Below are positions 16,451 through 24,468 of a stretch of 32,000 bases of DNA, piece after piece. The translations under genes and the position numbers were made by a program. Position 1 is the stretch's first letter. Every line of letters starts with the position of its first letter. The notes below the pieces were generated by a model. The model ran no database searches. It was not told the DNA's origin and saw nothing but the letters and a program-made list of their open reading frames with translations. The stretch comes from an uncultured bacterium (GTDB taxonomy: Bacteria; Patescibacteriota; JACMRA01), in contig CAWAQU010000009.1 of the NCBI GenBank assembly GCA_963784355.1, forward strand, positions 5,835 through 37,834. The letters are read 5' to 3'.

Positions 16451-17035
16451 ATGAATTATTTTTGGCAAATTATTGTACCATTAATCAGCTTTTTTCTAGG
16501 CGGTATACCAACAGGCAAATGGGTAGCTTGGAGAGTAAAAAAAGTGAATTTGCAAGATTTTGGTAGCAAGAATATAGGTACTACAAATGCTTATCGGGCC
16601 CTTGGGCTTAAATGGGCAGTGGTTGTGTTTTTAATTGATTTTTTAAAGGGTTTTTTACCGACTATCCTAACATTATATTTCACAAAAAACCTTAATTTAA
16701 GTTTGATTGTTGGTCTTTGCTGTATTATAGGGCATATTTTTTCTCCTTATCTCAAATTTAAAGGTGGCAAAGGAGTAGCTACGAGTATAGGAGTTTGGCT
16801 GGTTTTGAGCCCTTATTTATTATTGGCTGCTATAATTATTAGTGGTGTTGTTTTAAAATTGACAAAAAAGATGTCTCTAGCGAGTCTAAGCGGGATTTCA
16901 ATCTTGTTTCTTTTGGTAAATATCTTTGGGCCAAGCAACTTAAGAGTTGGTATATTTGTAACTTTTATTATGATTATTTTTACTCATAGGAGCAACATCG
17001 CACGTTTGATGTCAAAAAACGAATTAAATATTTAA
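16451..17035 (+). CDS. plsY: Glycerol-3-phosphate acyltransferase PlsY (acyl-phosphate dependent), copy 1
   Basis: Motifs: GSKNIGTTNAYRALG, DFLKGFLPT, GHIFSPYLKFKGGKGVATSIG. The protein is polytopic. The start is 1 nt after the fak fusion stop. Confidence 0.85.
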   Translation: MNYFWQIIVPLISFFLGGIPTGKWVAWRVKKVNLQDFGSKNIGTTNAYRALGLKWAVVVFLIDFLKGFLPTILTLYFTKNLNLSLIVGLCCIIGHIFSPYLKFKGGKGVATSIGVWLVLSPYLLLAAIIISGVVLKLTKKMSLASLSGISILFLLVNIFGPSNLRVGIFVTFIMIIFTHRSNIARLMSKNELNI

Positions 17036-17036
17036 T

Positions 17037-17645
17037 ATGTCATATATATTGCTGGCTGTTGTATGCTACATAATCGGGTCTTTTCCCACAGCTTATTTGG
17101 TTGTGAAGGGTTTTACAGGTAAAAATATTTTAAATTTCGGTACAGGTAATGTCGGGACCATGAACACACATCGTGCTACAAATAACAAAGTTTTGACTAT
17201 TTTGGTCTTACTAGGAGATTTAGCCAAGGGATTTTTAGCCTATTCTATAAGTAATCAATTATTTTTAGCCGGGCAAATTGAGCTTATTTTGGGACTATCT
17301 ATTGGCGGTTTTTGCATGATTTTGGGCCATAATTATTCTTTATTTTTAAAATTTAAGGGAGGTAAAGGTCTGGCTAGCGGGGCAGGATTTTTGGCAGGAA
17401 TTAGTCCAACTTTTGTAATTGTATGGATAATTATATTTTTATTGGTTACTTTATTGACTAGATATATGGTTTTAGGCCAGATGTTGGCTAGTATTGGCTT
17501 AATAATTTTTGCTTTTGCTTATGAAAATACTTTTTTTTGGCCCGTTTTTACTGTAGGAGTATTGGTAGTACTGAAACATTTTCCAAGAATGAAGAACGTA
17601 CTTGAGGGTACCGAGCCCAAGATGTATTATAAAGCAAAAAATTAG
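17037..17645 (+). CDS. plsY: PlsY paralog, copy 2 (diverged)
   Basis: Motifs: GTGNVGTMNTHRA, DLAKGFLAY, GHNYSLFLKFKGGKGLASGAG. The conserved Pro of motif 3 is replaced. The start is 1 nt after the copy 1 stop. Confidence 0.8.
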   Translation: MSYILLAVVCYIIGSFPTAYLVVKGFTGKNILNFGTGNVGTMNTHRATNNKVLTILVLLGDLAKGFLAYSISNQLFLAGQIELILGLSIGGFCMILGHNYSLFLKFKGGKGLASGAGFLAGISPTFVIVWIIIFLLVTLLTRYMVLGQMLASIGLIIFAFAYENTFFWPVFTVGVLVVLKHFPRMKNVLEGTEPKMYYKAKN

Positions 17646-17723
17646 TCAGACCTAACACCATATCATTCCAGTATAAATAAAATTATGAAAGATGTTTTTA
17701 CAAACAAATTGAGGTGCTCTAAA

Positions 17724-18020
17724 ATGAAGATAAAGTCAGGCTAAGTTAGAGAGTGGGCTGATTATATAAATATCCATAGATCAGAATCACTACAGACATT
17801 ATCTAATGAAGGTGTAGAAATTGAATCTGCATTTTTATCACATGAAGAAACAGGAGATTACATTATATATTATGTTAGGGGAGACTTGGATAAAATGATG
17901 CAGGTATTTAATAAGTCTGATTCTAAAATAGACCAGTACCACAAAAAGTTTTTTAGAGAAAATATAGCAGATAGAGTAGTATTAGAAACTTTAATTGATC
18001 TTGAGCCTACACAAAAATAA
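17724..18020 (+). pseudogene. Small conserved-looking ORF interrupted by an in-frame TAA at codon 7
   Basis: GAGGTG lies 8 nt upstream of the ATG at 17724. The translation reads MKIKSG*VREWADYINIHRSESLQTLSNEGVEIESAFLSHEETGDYIIYYVRGDLDKMMQVFNKSDSKIDQYHKKFFRENIADRVVLETLIDLEPTQK*. The 92 codons after the stop have no ATG start of their own. The sequence resembles small alpha/beta (dimeric ferredoxin-like) proteins, from memory only. Confidence 0.4.
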
Positions 18021-18079
18021 GTGCCATAACCTTTAATTATAGCACATTTTTGTTATTTTGGAAAGCCTTGTATCAGGTT

Positions 18080-19285
18080 TTATTCTTCGTCTTTGGGCAA
18101 TTTATTCCTCAAAAATGCCGGTATATCAAGTTGTTCATCAGCATAATTATTATTGTTTTGCTGAGGTTTTGGTGAAGGCGTTTCTTGCTGAGGATTTTCA
18201 CGACCAAATTTAGGAAGGTTATAAGGTAATTTAACTTCTTTATTTACCGGACTAGCATAATGATTCATGTCGTCTTTTTCCTTAGTAAAACCAGTAGCTA
18301 CAACAGTAATGCGAATTTCGTCTTGTAAATTCGGGTCAATTGAAGTACCAAAAATAATCTTGGCTTCAGGATCAGCATGTTGACGGATAATTTCAGCAGC
18401 CTCACTAACTTCAAGTAATGATAAGTTTTTGCCTCCTTGTACATTGAACAAGACTCCACGAGCTCCTTCGATACTGAGTTCCAATAATGGAGAGTCAATT
18501 GCCATGATGGCAGCGCTTCTTGCTCTATCCTCACCACTTCCACTAGCTCTACCCATACCCATTAAAGCGGTACCGGCATTACTCATGATAGCCCTAACAT
18601 CGGCAAAGTCAACATTTACTTCACCAGGCATATTAATTAAATCAGAGATACCCTGGACGGCTTGTCTAAGAATATCGTCAGAAATTTTGAAAGCTTCGTA
18701 TACACTTGTTCTTTTATCTATGATTTGTAAAAGTCTTTGGTTTGGTACTACAATTACCGCATCCGCATTTGATTTCAATCTTTCAATCCCTTCCTCGGCA
18801 ATTTGCTTTCTTTTTGCTCCTTCAAAATCGAATGGTTTGGTAACTACACCAACAGTTAAAATTCCTAATCTTTTAGCAACCTCAGCTACCACAGGACCTG
18901 CTCCGGTACCTGTTCCTCCACCCATACCGGCCGTGATAAACACCATGTCAGCTCCAGTTAAAGCGGCCTCTATTTCAGCCATACTTTCTTCAGCAGCTTG
19001 TCTACCAACTTCAGCACTCATTCCAGCTCCCAAACCTCTAGTGACATTTGCTCCAAGCTGGATTACACCATCTGCATGGATTTGTTTTAAAACTTGTAAA
19101 TCGGTATTCATCGCCCAAAACTCTACCCCTTCCAGGCCAATTTCTATCATTCTTCTTACAGCATTTCCACCTCCTCCACCTACACCAATAACCTTGATTT
19201 TGGCAGCAGGAATCATCTTAGAAAAATTCTGAGTGCCATAGTCACTTCTTGTAGTATAATCAGACTTAAGATTTTTTGTGAGCAT
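18080..19285 (-). CDS. ftsZ: Cell division GTPase FtsZ
   Basis: Motifs: [34 protein letters not shown] and the C-terminal peptide DIPAFLRNK. The true start may be the internal Met (MIPAAKIKV) at 19216. Confidence 0.97.
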   Translation of the reverse strand: MLTKNLKSDYTTRSDYGTQNFSKMIPAAKIKVIGVGGGGGNAVRRMIEIGLEGVEFWAMNTDLQVLKQIHADGVIQLGANVTRGLGAGMSAEVGRQAAEESMAEIEAALTGADMVFITAGMGGGTGTGAGPVVAEVAKRLGILTVGVVTKPFDFEGAKRKQIAEEGIERLKSNADAVIVVPNQRLLQIIDKRTSVYEAFKISDDILRQAVQGISDLINMPGEVNVDFADVRAIMSNAGTALMGMGRASGSGEDRARSAAIMAIDSPLLELSIEGARGVLFNVQGGKNLSLLEVSEAAEIIRQHADPEAKIIFGTSIDPNLQDEIRITVVATGFTKEKDDMNHYASPVNKEVKLPYNLPKFGRENPQQETPSPKPQQNNNNYADEQLDIPAFLRNKLPKDEE

Positions 19286-19404
19286 AATAACAAATCGAGC
19301 AGTACTTGCTACAGGGAAATGCTTTTTTTATATATTTGTCAAGAAAGTTACTTGACGGAAAGAACTAATAATTTCAAATAGGTAATGAATAATACTAATA
19401 ACTT

Positions 19405-20841
19405 ATGTCAAAATACCACAAAATGTTCAAAGCTTACGATCTTAGAGCTACTTATCCTGAACTCAATGCAGATGTCTATTATTGGGCTGGCTATGGTTTG
19501 GTAACTGAAATTTTAAAACCTGATAATTTATCCTTGAATATAAATGTTGCTAGAGACTGTAGATACACTAGCCCCGATTTTTACAAAGCTTTTTATAATG
19601 GGCTTAAAGATGCTGGAGCTAACCCTGTTTGTTTAGGACTAGCCAGTACCGATTTTATATATGCAGCTTGCCAGATTTTTGATACACCGGGAGCAATGAT
19701 TACTGCCAGTCATAATCCAAAAGATGATAACGGTTTGAAGATAGTAAAAAAGTTTCCTCAAATGCTTGGACTTCAAGCCGGCTTGGATAAAGTAAGAGAT
19801 TTTGTTTTAAGTAAAATTGAAATAGAGAAAGTGGATTTTGAGAAATTTACTGAGCCTCAGGAAGATACTAAAGCAAAAATGCAGGTGTGGGATTATTACA
19901 AATCTAAGTTTAATGAAATTGGTAATCCCGAGGAAGTGGATCAAGTTTTAGCTCAACAACAAAAAAAGTTGAAGATCGTAGTGGATACCGGAAATGGCAT
20001 GGGAGGTTTTATGATGGAAAAAATCCAGAATTGGTATAAAAATATTGAATTTATTCCCTTATATTGGGAGCTAGATGGAAATTATCCAAATCATCCTGCT
20101 GACCCTTCAAATATTGCCAACATACAGGACCTGATTAACAAAGTCAAAGAAGTTAAAGCCGATTTAGGAGTAGCTTTTGACGGAGACGCTGACAGAGCAT
20201 ATTTTGTAGATGAAAAAGGTGAGTACATGCGGGATAATTACTTGGTTGCAGCTATCGCCAAGTCCATGTTGAAAGACTATTTTGCAAATCCTAATCCTGA
20301 ATTTAACCCTGCTATTGTTTACTCTCAGCCTCAAAGCAGATGTGTTCCGTATACAGTTTTAGAATCCAGTGGAGTACCGGTACCATCCAAACAAGGCCAC
20401 ACTTTTGTTAAGGCTGATATGAAAAGATACAAAGCTATTTACGGAGGTGAAGGTACAGGTCATCACTATTTTGGTACTTTTGGATTTATGGATTCAGGTA
20501 GTTTAGTTGTAAGTAAAGTAATTCATATTATGGTTACACAAAAAGTGTTGCCGTCTGAAATTGTCGCAACGTATGCTAGTAAATATTTTTTAAGTGGTGA
20601 GTTAAATTATAGATTGGGTGAAGACTTAAATTTCGATTTAATCAAAGAAAGGCTACTAAATCATTACAAAGACGCTGTAGTAAATACTTTTGATGGAATT
20701 AGTTTATTTTACTTAGACTGGAAGGTAAATATGCGAGCTTCAAATACAGAACCTTTGATCAGATTAAATGTGGAATGTTTAGGTGAAAATAAATTAGAGG
20801 AAAAAATTAAGGAAATCACTAGAATTACAGGTCTGGCCTAA
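19405..20841 (+). CDS. Phosphomannomutase/phosphoglucomutase (alpha-D-phosphohexomutase family)
   Basis: Motifs: active-site loop TASHNPKDDNG, metal loop FDGDADR, sugar-binding GGEGTGH and RASNTEP. Confidence 0.85.
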   Translation: MSKYHKMFKAYDLRATYPELNADVYYWAGYGLVTEILKPDNLSLNINVARDCRYTSPDFYKAFYNGLKDAGANPVCLGLASTDFIYAACQIFDTPGAMITASHNPKDDNGLKIVKKFPQMLGLQAGLDKVRDFVLSKIEIEKVDFEKFTEPQEDTKAKMQVWDYYKSKFNEIGNPEEVDQVLAQQQKKLKIVVDTGNGMGGFMMEKIQNWYKNIEFIPLYWELDGNYPNHPADPSNIANIQDLINKVKEVKADLGVAFDGDADRAYFVDEKGEYMRDNYLVAAIAKSMLKDYFANPNPEFNPAIVYSQPQSRCVPYTVLESSGVPVPSKQGHTFVKADMKRYKAIYGGEGTGHHYFGTFGFMDSGSLVVSKVIHIMVTQKVLPSEIVATYASKYFLSGELNYRLGEDLNFDLIKERLLNHYKDAVVNTFDGISLFYLDWKVNMRASNTEPLIRLNVECLGENKLEEKIKEITRITGLA

Positions 20842-20937
20842 CTGTACCCCTTAAAACATTAGATTAGTAGAACAGTTTAAGTTGAGTGCAAATCTTACTT
20901 GACTAAACCTTTTATTAATTATATTTTTTAAGCAAAT

Positions 20938-23900
20938 ATGCCTAGCAGAGTAACGAAAATTTCTCCAGAAATAGAAAATGAAAATAATGATATTATTAAA
21001 AATTCTAGTAGTAGTGACACAGTAGATCATGAATTAAAAGATTTAGCTAAGCATGAAGAAGGTTTTTTAGCCCTTCCAAGTGATGATATCGATCAAAAAT
21101 TAGCTGAATTGTTACCTGAAGATGGATATATGGTTAGCAAATCAGATCAAGTACTTAAAAAGAGTTCAAAAATTAATACAGGTTTTACTAAAACTAACCA
21201 CAAAAATGGCCAAGACCAAAGTGGGACAGCAGATAATGCCAATTCAGCTAGTATTAAAAATTTGAGAAAACAGTTCGGTTTTTCCTGGCAAAATTTCAGC
21301 CGTAGATTTGCAATTGTTGCTTTAATTTCTGCTATTGTAGTTATTGTGGCTACAAGTACTGTAGCAGCTTTTGCAATCCAGAAATGGAATGACACTAAGC
21401 CGATCGATAGTTTATTGGATCAAAGACGCGAAAATAGTGTGGTCTATGCCAGAGATGGTAAAACCAAAATATTTGAACTTTATAAAGACGAGAAGCGAGA
21501 ATACATAAACATCAAAGAAATTCCTGAACAAATGCAACTAGCTATAATTGCTTTGGAGGATGAAAATTTTTACTACAATGATGATGGAATTCCGTGGAAG
21601 AATTTGGTTGGTGCTGTTTCTAAATGTGGACTTACTTTTGGTGCAGAGTGTCGAGGTGCTAGCGGACTTTGTCAGCAGCTTGTAAAAAATGTAACCGGTA
21701 AGACCAATTCTGAAAGAAATTTAGATGTGAAAGTAGACGAACTATTTACAGCCTTAAAACTTTGCAGTTCAGAAAAAACGAAGGAGGATATTTTAGAGCT
21801 TTATTTAAATACCGTTAGTTTTGGAGGAGTTACTTATGGTGTACAAGCTGCAAGTAGAAATTATTTTGGGAAAAATGTTCAGGAGATTAATTCAATAGAA
21901 GCCTGTTTTTTAGCTGCTTTAGTACAAAAGCCTAGTAGTTTTTCTTCAAGTATCAACTCGCCTGATAGTGATAATTGGAAGGAATTTACTTTTAGAAAAG
22001 ATACATGCTTGGAAAAAATGCACAACGTAGCTTTAAAAGGTGATGGCAAACCCAAATTTATTACAACAGAGGAAGAATTGAAAAAACTTCAAGAAACACC
22101 TATAGTAGTAGCAAAAAATGATCAAGAAGCTCAGGATGCCAAAAAGTCGGGTGCTGTAGTTTTTGTCCCAAATAAAGTCAAAGATGAATTTCCTCACTTT
22201 AGAGAATTTGTTTTGCAAGAACTGAGAAAATTTGTACCAAGAGAGCAAGATTTATATACAAAAGGGCTAAAAGTTGTAACTACTTTGGATCCCGATAAGC
22301 AAAAAAATCTTGAGAGAATGTTAAAAGAATCTGAAAAGGATAACATTATCAATAATGGTGGTAATAATGGTGCTGCTGTACTGCTAGATGGACCTACCGG
22401 AGAAATTATTTCTATGGTCGGTTCGTTGGGCTATGACAGAGACGATATTGATGGAAAAGTAAATATCATTACTTCATCTCAACAACCAGGTAGTAGTATC
22501 AAGCCTTATGTTTATTCAGCAGCTTTGGAGGCAGGCTTTAATCCCGCAACTATAGTAGTGGATACTCCTACTGAATTCCAACCTGGCTACAAGCCCAAAA
22601 ACTTTGATAACACTACTCAAGGTCCAATCAGCTTAAGAAATTCAATACAAAACTCATTAAATATTCCTACATTAAAATTTGCTTGTTTAGCAGCTAACAG
22701 TGGTAAGTTAAATTGTGACGAAGGTATTAAAAAAGTTTTTGATTTTGCAGAACGAGCAGGGCTTAGATTCTCTTGCTACCCCCCTACTGATAATTTTAGC
22801 AAAAAAGATAAGGCAGGAAACTATATAAAGCAATGTGATGACCCAGATTTATCTAAACAAGCTTATCGTAGTAGATGCGGCCTTTCAACAGCAGTAGGAG
22901 GTTGCGATGTTATCCCTCTTAGCCATGCAACAGGTATCAACACGCTTTTACAAGAAGGTAATTTAAGAACTGCAACACCTTTTATCAGTATTAAAGACAA
23001 TAATGACAAGGAAATTTATACTCCTCAGGCAAAACAAGCTGTTTATCCAAGTGAAGATAAAGCTATTGATCCTTTAGTAGCCAAACAAATTACAAACGTT
23101 TTATCAGACTATGATGCTAGAAGACCTAAATTTCAAGGTGCTGCAAAATATCTTGAAGTGCCTGAGTGTGGAAATGGAGCTAAAATAGGTGGGGCAGCAG
23201 CAAAAACCGGAACTACAAACGATGTAAAAGATACTTGGACTGTAGGAGGTTGTGTAAATTATACATTAGCTGTATGGGTAGGTAGAACCGATAACAAATC
23301 AATGAATTTAAGTGGTTCATCATCTACAGCAGCAGCCCCTATCTGGAATAAAATTATGAGATACTTGGAGAAGGATATTAAACCTAAAGCTTTTTCCACA
23401 GATGGGCTTATTAAAGTAAACGTTGATCCAGCATCAGGTTATATTGGTGGTGGTGCAACTGAGGTATTTACACCTGCTCAAAAGAGTGTATTAGAGAAAG
23501 CCGGGGCCAAGATAGCTACACCTGAATATGTTGCACAAAATAAAAACATCTATGATTATAGATCTACCGTAATTCCCCAAAAAGTTGAAATTAACAAACT
23601 AGACGGAAAATTAGCTACCGAGCAAACTCTACCGGAAAATAAAGAAATAAAAGTCTGTGTTCAACTTGTTCCTGAATTCCCGGAAGCTCAAAGTTGGGCG
23701 GGACCGGTCAATGCAATCGCTTCAAATTCTGACAGATATTGTACCTTACCAACTGAAAAATCACCTCAAGACCAAGTAGGCGAACAAACCAAGCCCCCTC
23801 TAATTGAAAGCAGCTTAGATCAGTCAGCTAAAGATGTAAAAAAGATCACATTTAGTGCGACTCCTCAAGGTACAGCTACAAAAACAATTTCTAAACTTGA

Positions 23901-24399
23901 AATACTGATTGATGGTGCTATTGCTAACTCAGCCGATAATACTGCAAATACTGAATATGACGTCAGCAAATTAAATGTAGGCCCTCACAACATTATTTTA
24001 AGAGCAACTGACAGTATGGGAGCGGTAGCAGAAAAAACCTACAATGGTGTTAGCTTTTCAGGCTCGGGTAATAATGACAACGGAGGTGGAGGTAACACAC
24101 CAACAAGTCCTCAACCTTTAGCTGCATCTGATATTTCTGCCTTGACTGTTACTTGCCAAAATGTAACTGCAGGAACAACTTCAACTACCTGTAATTTTAG
24201 CTTACCATCAAATAAAACTCTACCTAACAACTTCAAAATTAAAATCAACGGCACGATAAACGAAGCAAGTTGCAATAGCTCAGGAAACAACGTGACCTGC
24301 TCAAATGTACCTACCCCACTTTTAGCCGGTACCTATGGAATATTTGGCAAAATTGGAAATACTCTTGTAGATACAGGAGAGAGTATGAAAGTCACTTAG
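20938..24399 (+). CDS. Class A penicillin-binding protein (GT51 transglycosylase + transpeptidase) with long N- and C-terminal extensions
   Basis: GT51 motifs: ALEDENFYYNDDGIP, RGASGLCQQLVKN. TPase motifs: SSIKP (SxxK), SLN (SxN), KTGTTND (KTG). The TM is FAIVALISAIVVIVATSTVAAFAI, after ~120 cytoplasmic aa. About 340 aa lie beyond the TPase domain. Confidence 0.85.
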   Translation: MPSRVTKISPEIENENNDIIKNSSSSDTVDHELKDLAKHEEGFLALPSDDIDQKLAELLPEDGYMVSKSDQVLKKSSKINTGFTKTNHKNGQDQSGTADNANSASIKNLRKQFGFSWQNFSRRFAIVALISAIVVIVATSTVAAFAIQKWNDTKPIDSLLDQRRENSVVYARDGKTKIFELYKDEKREYINIKEIPEQMQLAIIALEDENFYYNDDGIPWKNLVGAVSKCGLTFGAECRGASGLCQQLVKNVTGKTNSERNLDVKVDELFTALKLCSSEKTKEDILELYLNTVSFGGVTYGVQAASRNYFGKNVQEINSIEACFLAALVQKPSSFSSSINSPDSDNWKEFTFRKDTCLEKMHNVALKGDGKPKFITTEEELKKLQETPIVVAKNDQEAQDAKKSGAVVFVPNKVKDEFPHFREFVLQELRKFVPREQDLYTKGLKVVTTLDPDKQKNLERMLKESEKDNIINNGGNNGAAVLLDGPTGEIISMVGSLGYDRDDIDGKVNIITSSQQPGSSIKPYVYSAALEAGFNPATIVVDTPTEFQPGYKPKNFDNTTQGPISLRNSIQNSLNIPTLKFACLAANSGKLNCDEGIKKVFDFAERAGLRFSCYPPTDNFSKKDKAGNYIKQCDDPDLSKQAYRSRCGLSTAVGGCDVIPLSHATGINTLLQEGNLRTATPFISIKDNNDKEIYTPQAKQAVYPSEDKAIDPLVAKQITNVLSDYDARRPKFQGAAKYLEVPECGNGAKIGGAAAKTGTTNDVKDTWTVGGCVNYTLAVWVGRTDNKSMNLSGSSSTAAAPIWNKIMRYLEKDIKPKAFSTDGLIKVNVDPASGYIGGGATEVFTPAQKSVLEKAGAKIATPEYVAQNKNIYDYRSTVIPQKVEINKLDGKLATEQTLPENKEIKVCVQLVPEFPEAQSWAGPVNAIASNSDRYCTLPTEKSPQDQVGEQTKPPLIESSLDQSAKDVKKITFSATPQGTATKTISKLEILIDGAIANSADNTANTEYDVSKLNVGPHNIILRATDSMGAVAEKTYNGVSFSGSGNNDNGGGGNTPTSPQPLAASDISALTVTCQNVTAGTTSTTCNFSLPSNKTLPNNFKIKINGTINEASCNSSGNNVTCSNVPTPLLAGTYGIFGKIGNTLVDTGESMKVT

Positions 24400-24468
24400 C
24401 TTAGATCTCATTGGCAATGATGAGTTTTGTTGTATTCAAAAATTACTACATCTAGATTTGAAGCTTGC

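Noticed and set aside
18429-19232. 267-aa plus-strand ORF, plus the 81-aa ORF at 18298-18543
   Set aside because: They are antisense or alternative-frame shadows of ftsZ. The sequence is low-complexity and P/A/S/I-rich, typical of the opposite strand of a Gly/Ala-rich gene, with no motifs.
24406-24433. Possible terminator between the PBP gene and uvrB (CTCAT...ATGAG plus TTTTGTTG)
   Set aside because: The stem is only 5 bp with ambiguous pairing. It is not distinguishable from chance in this composition.
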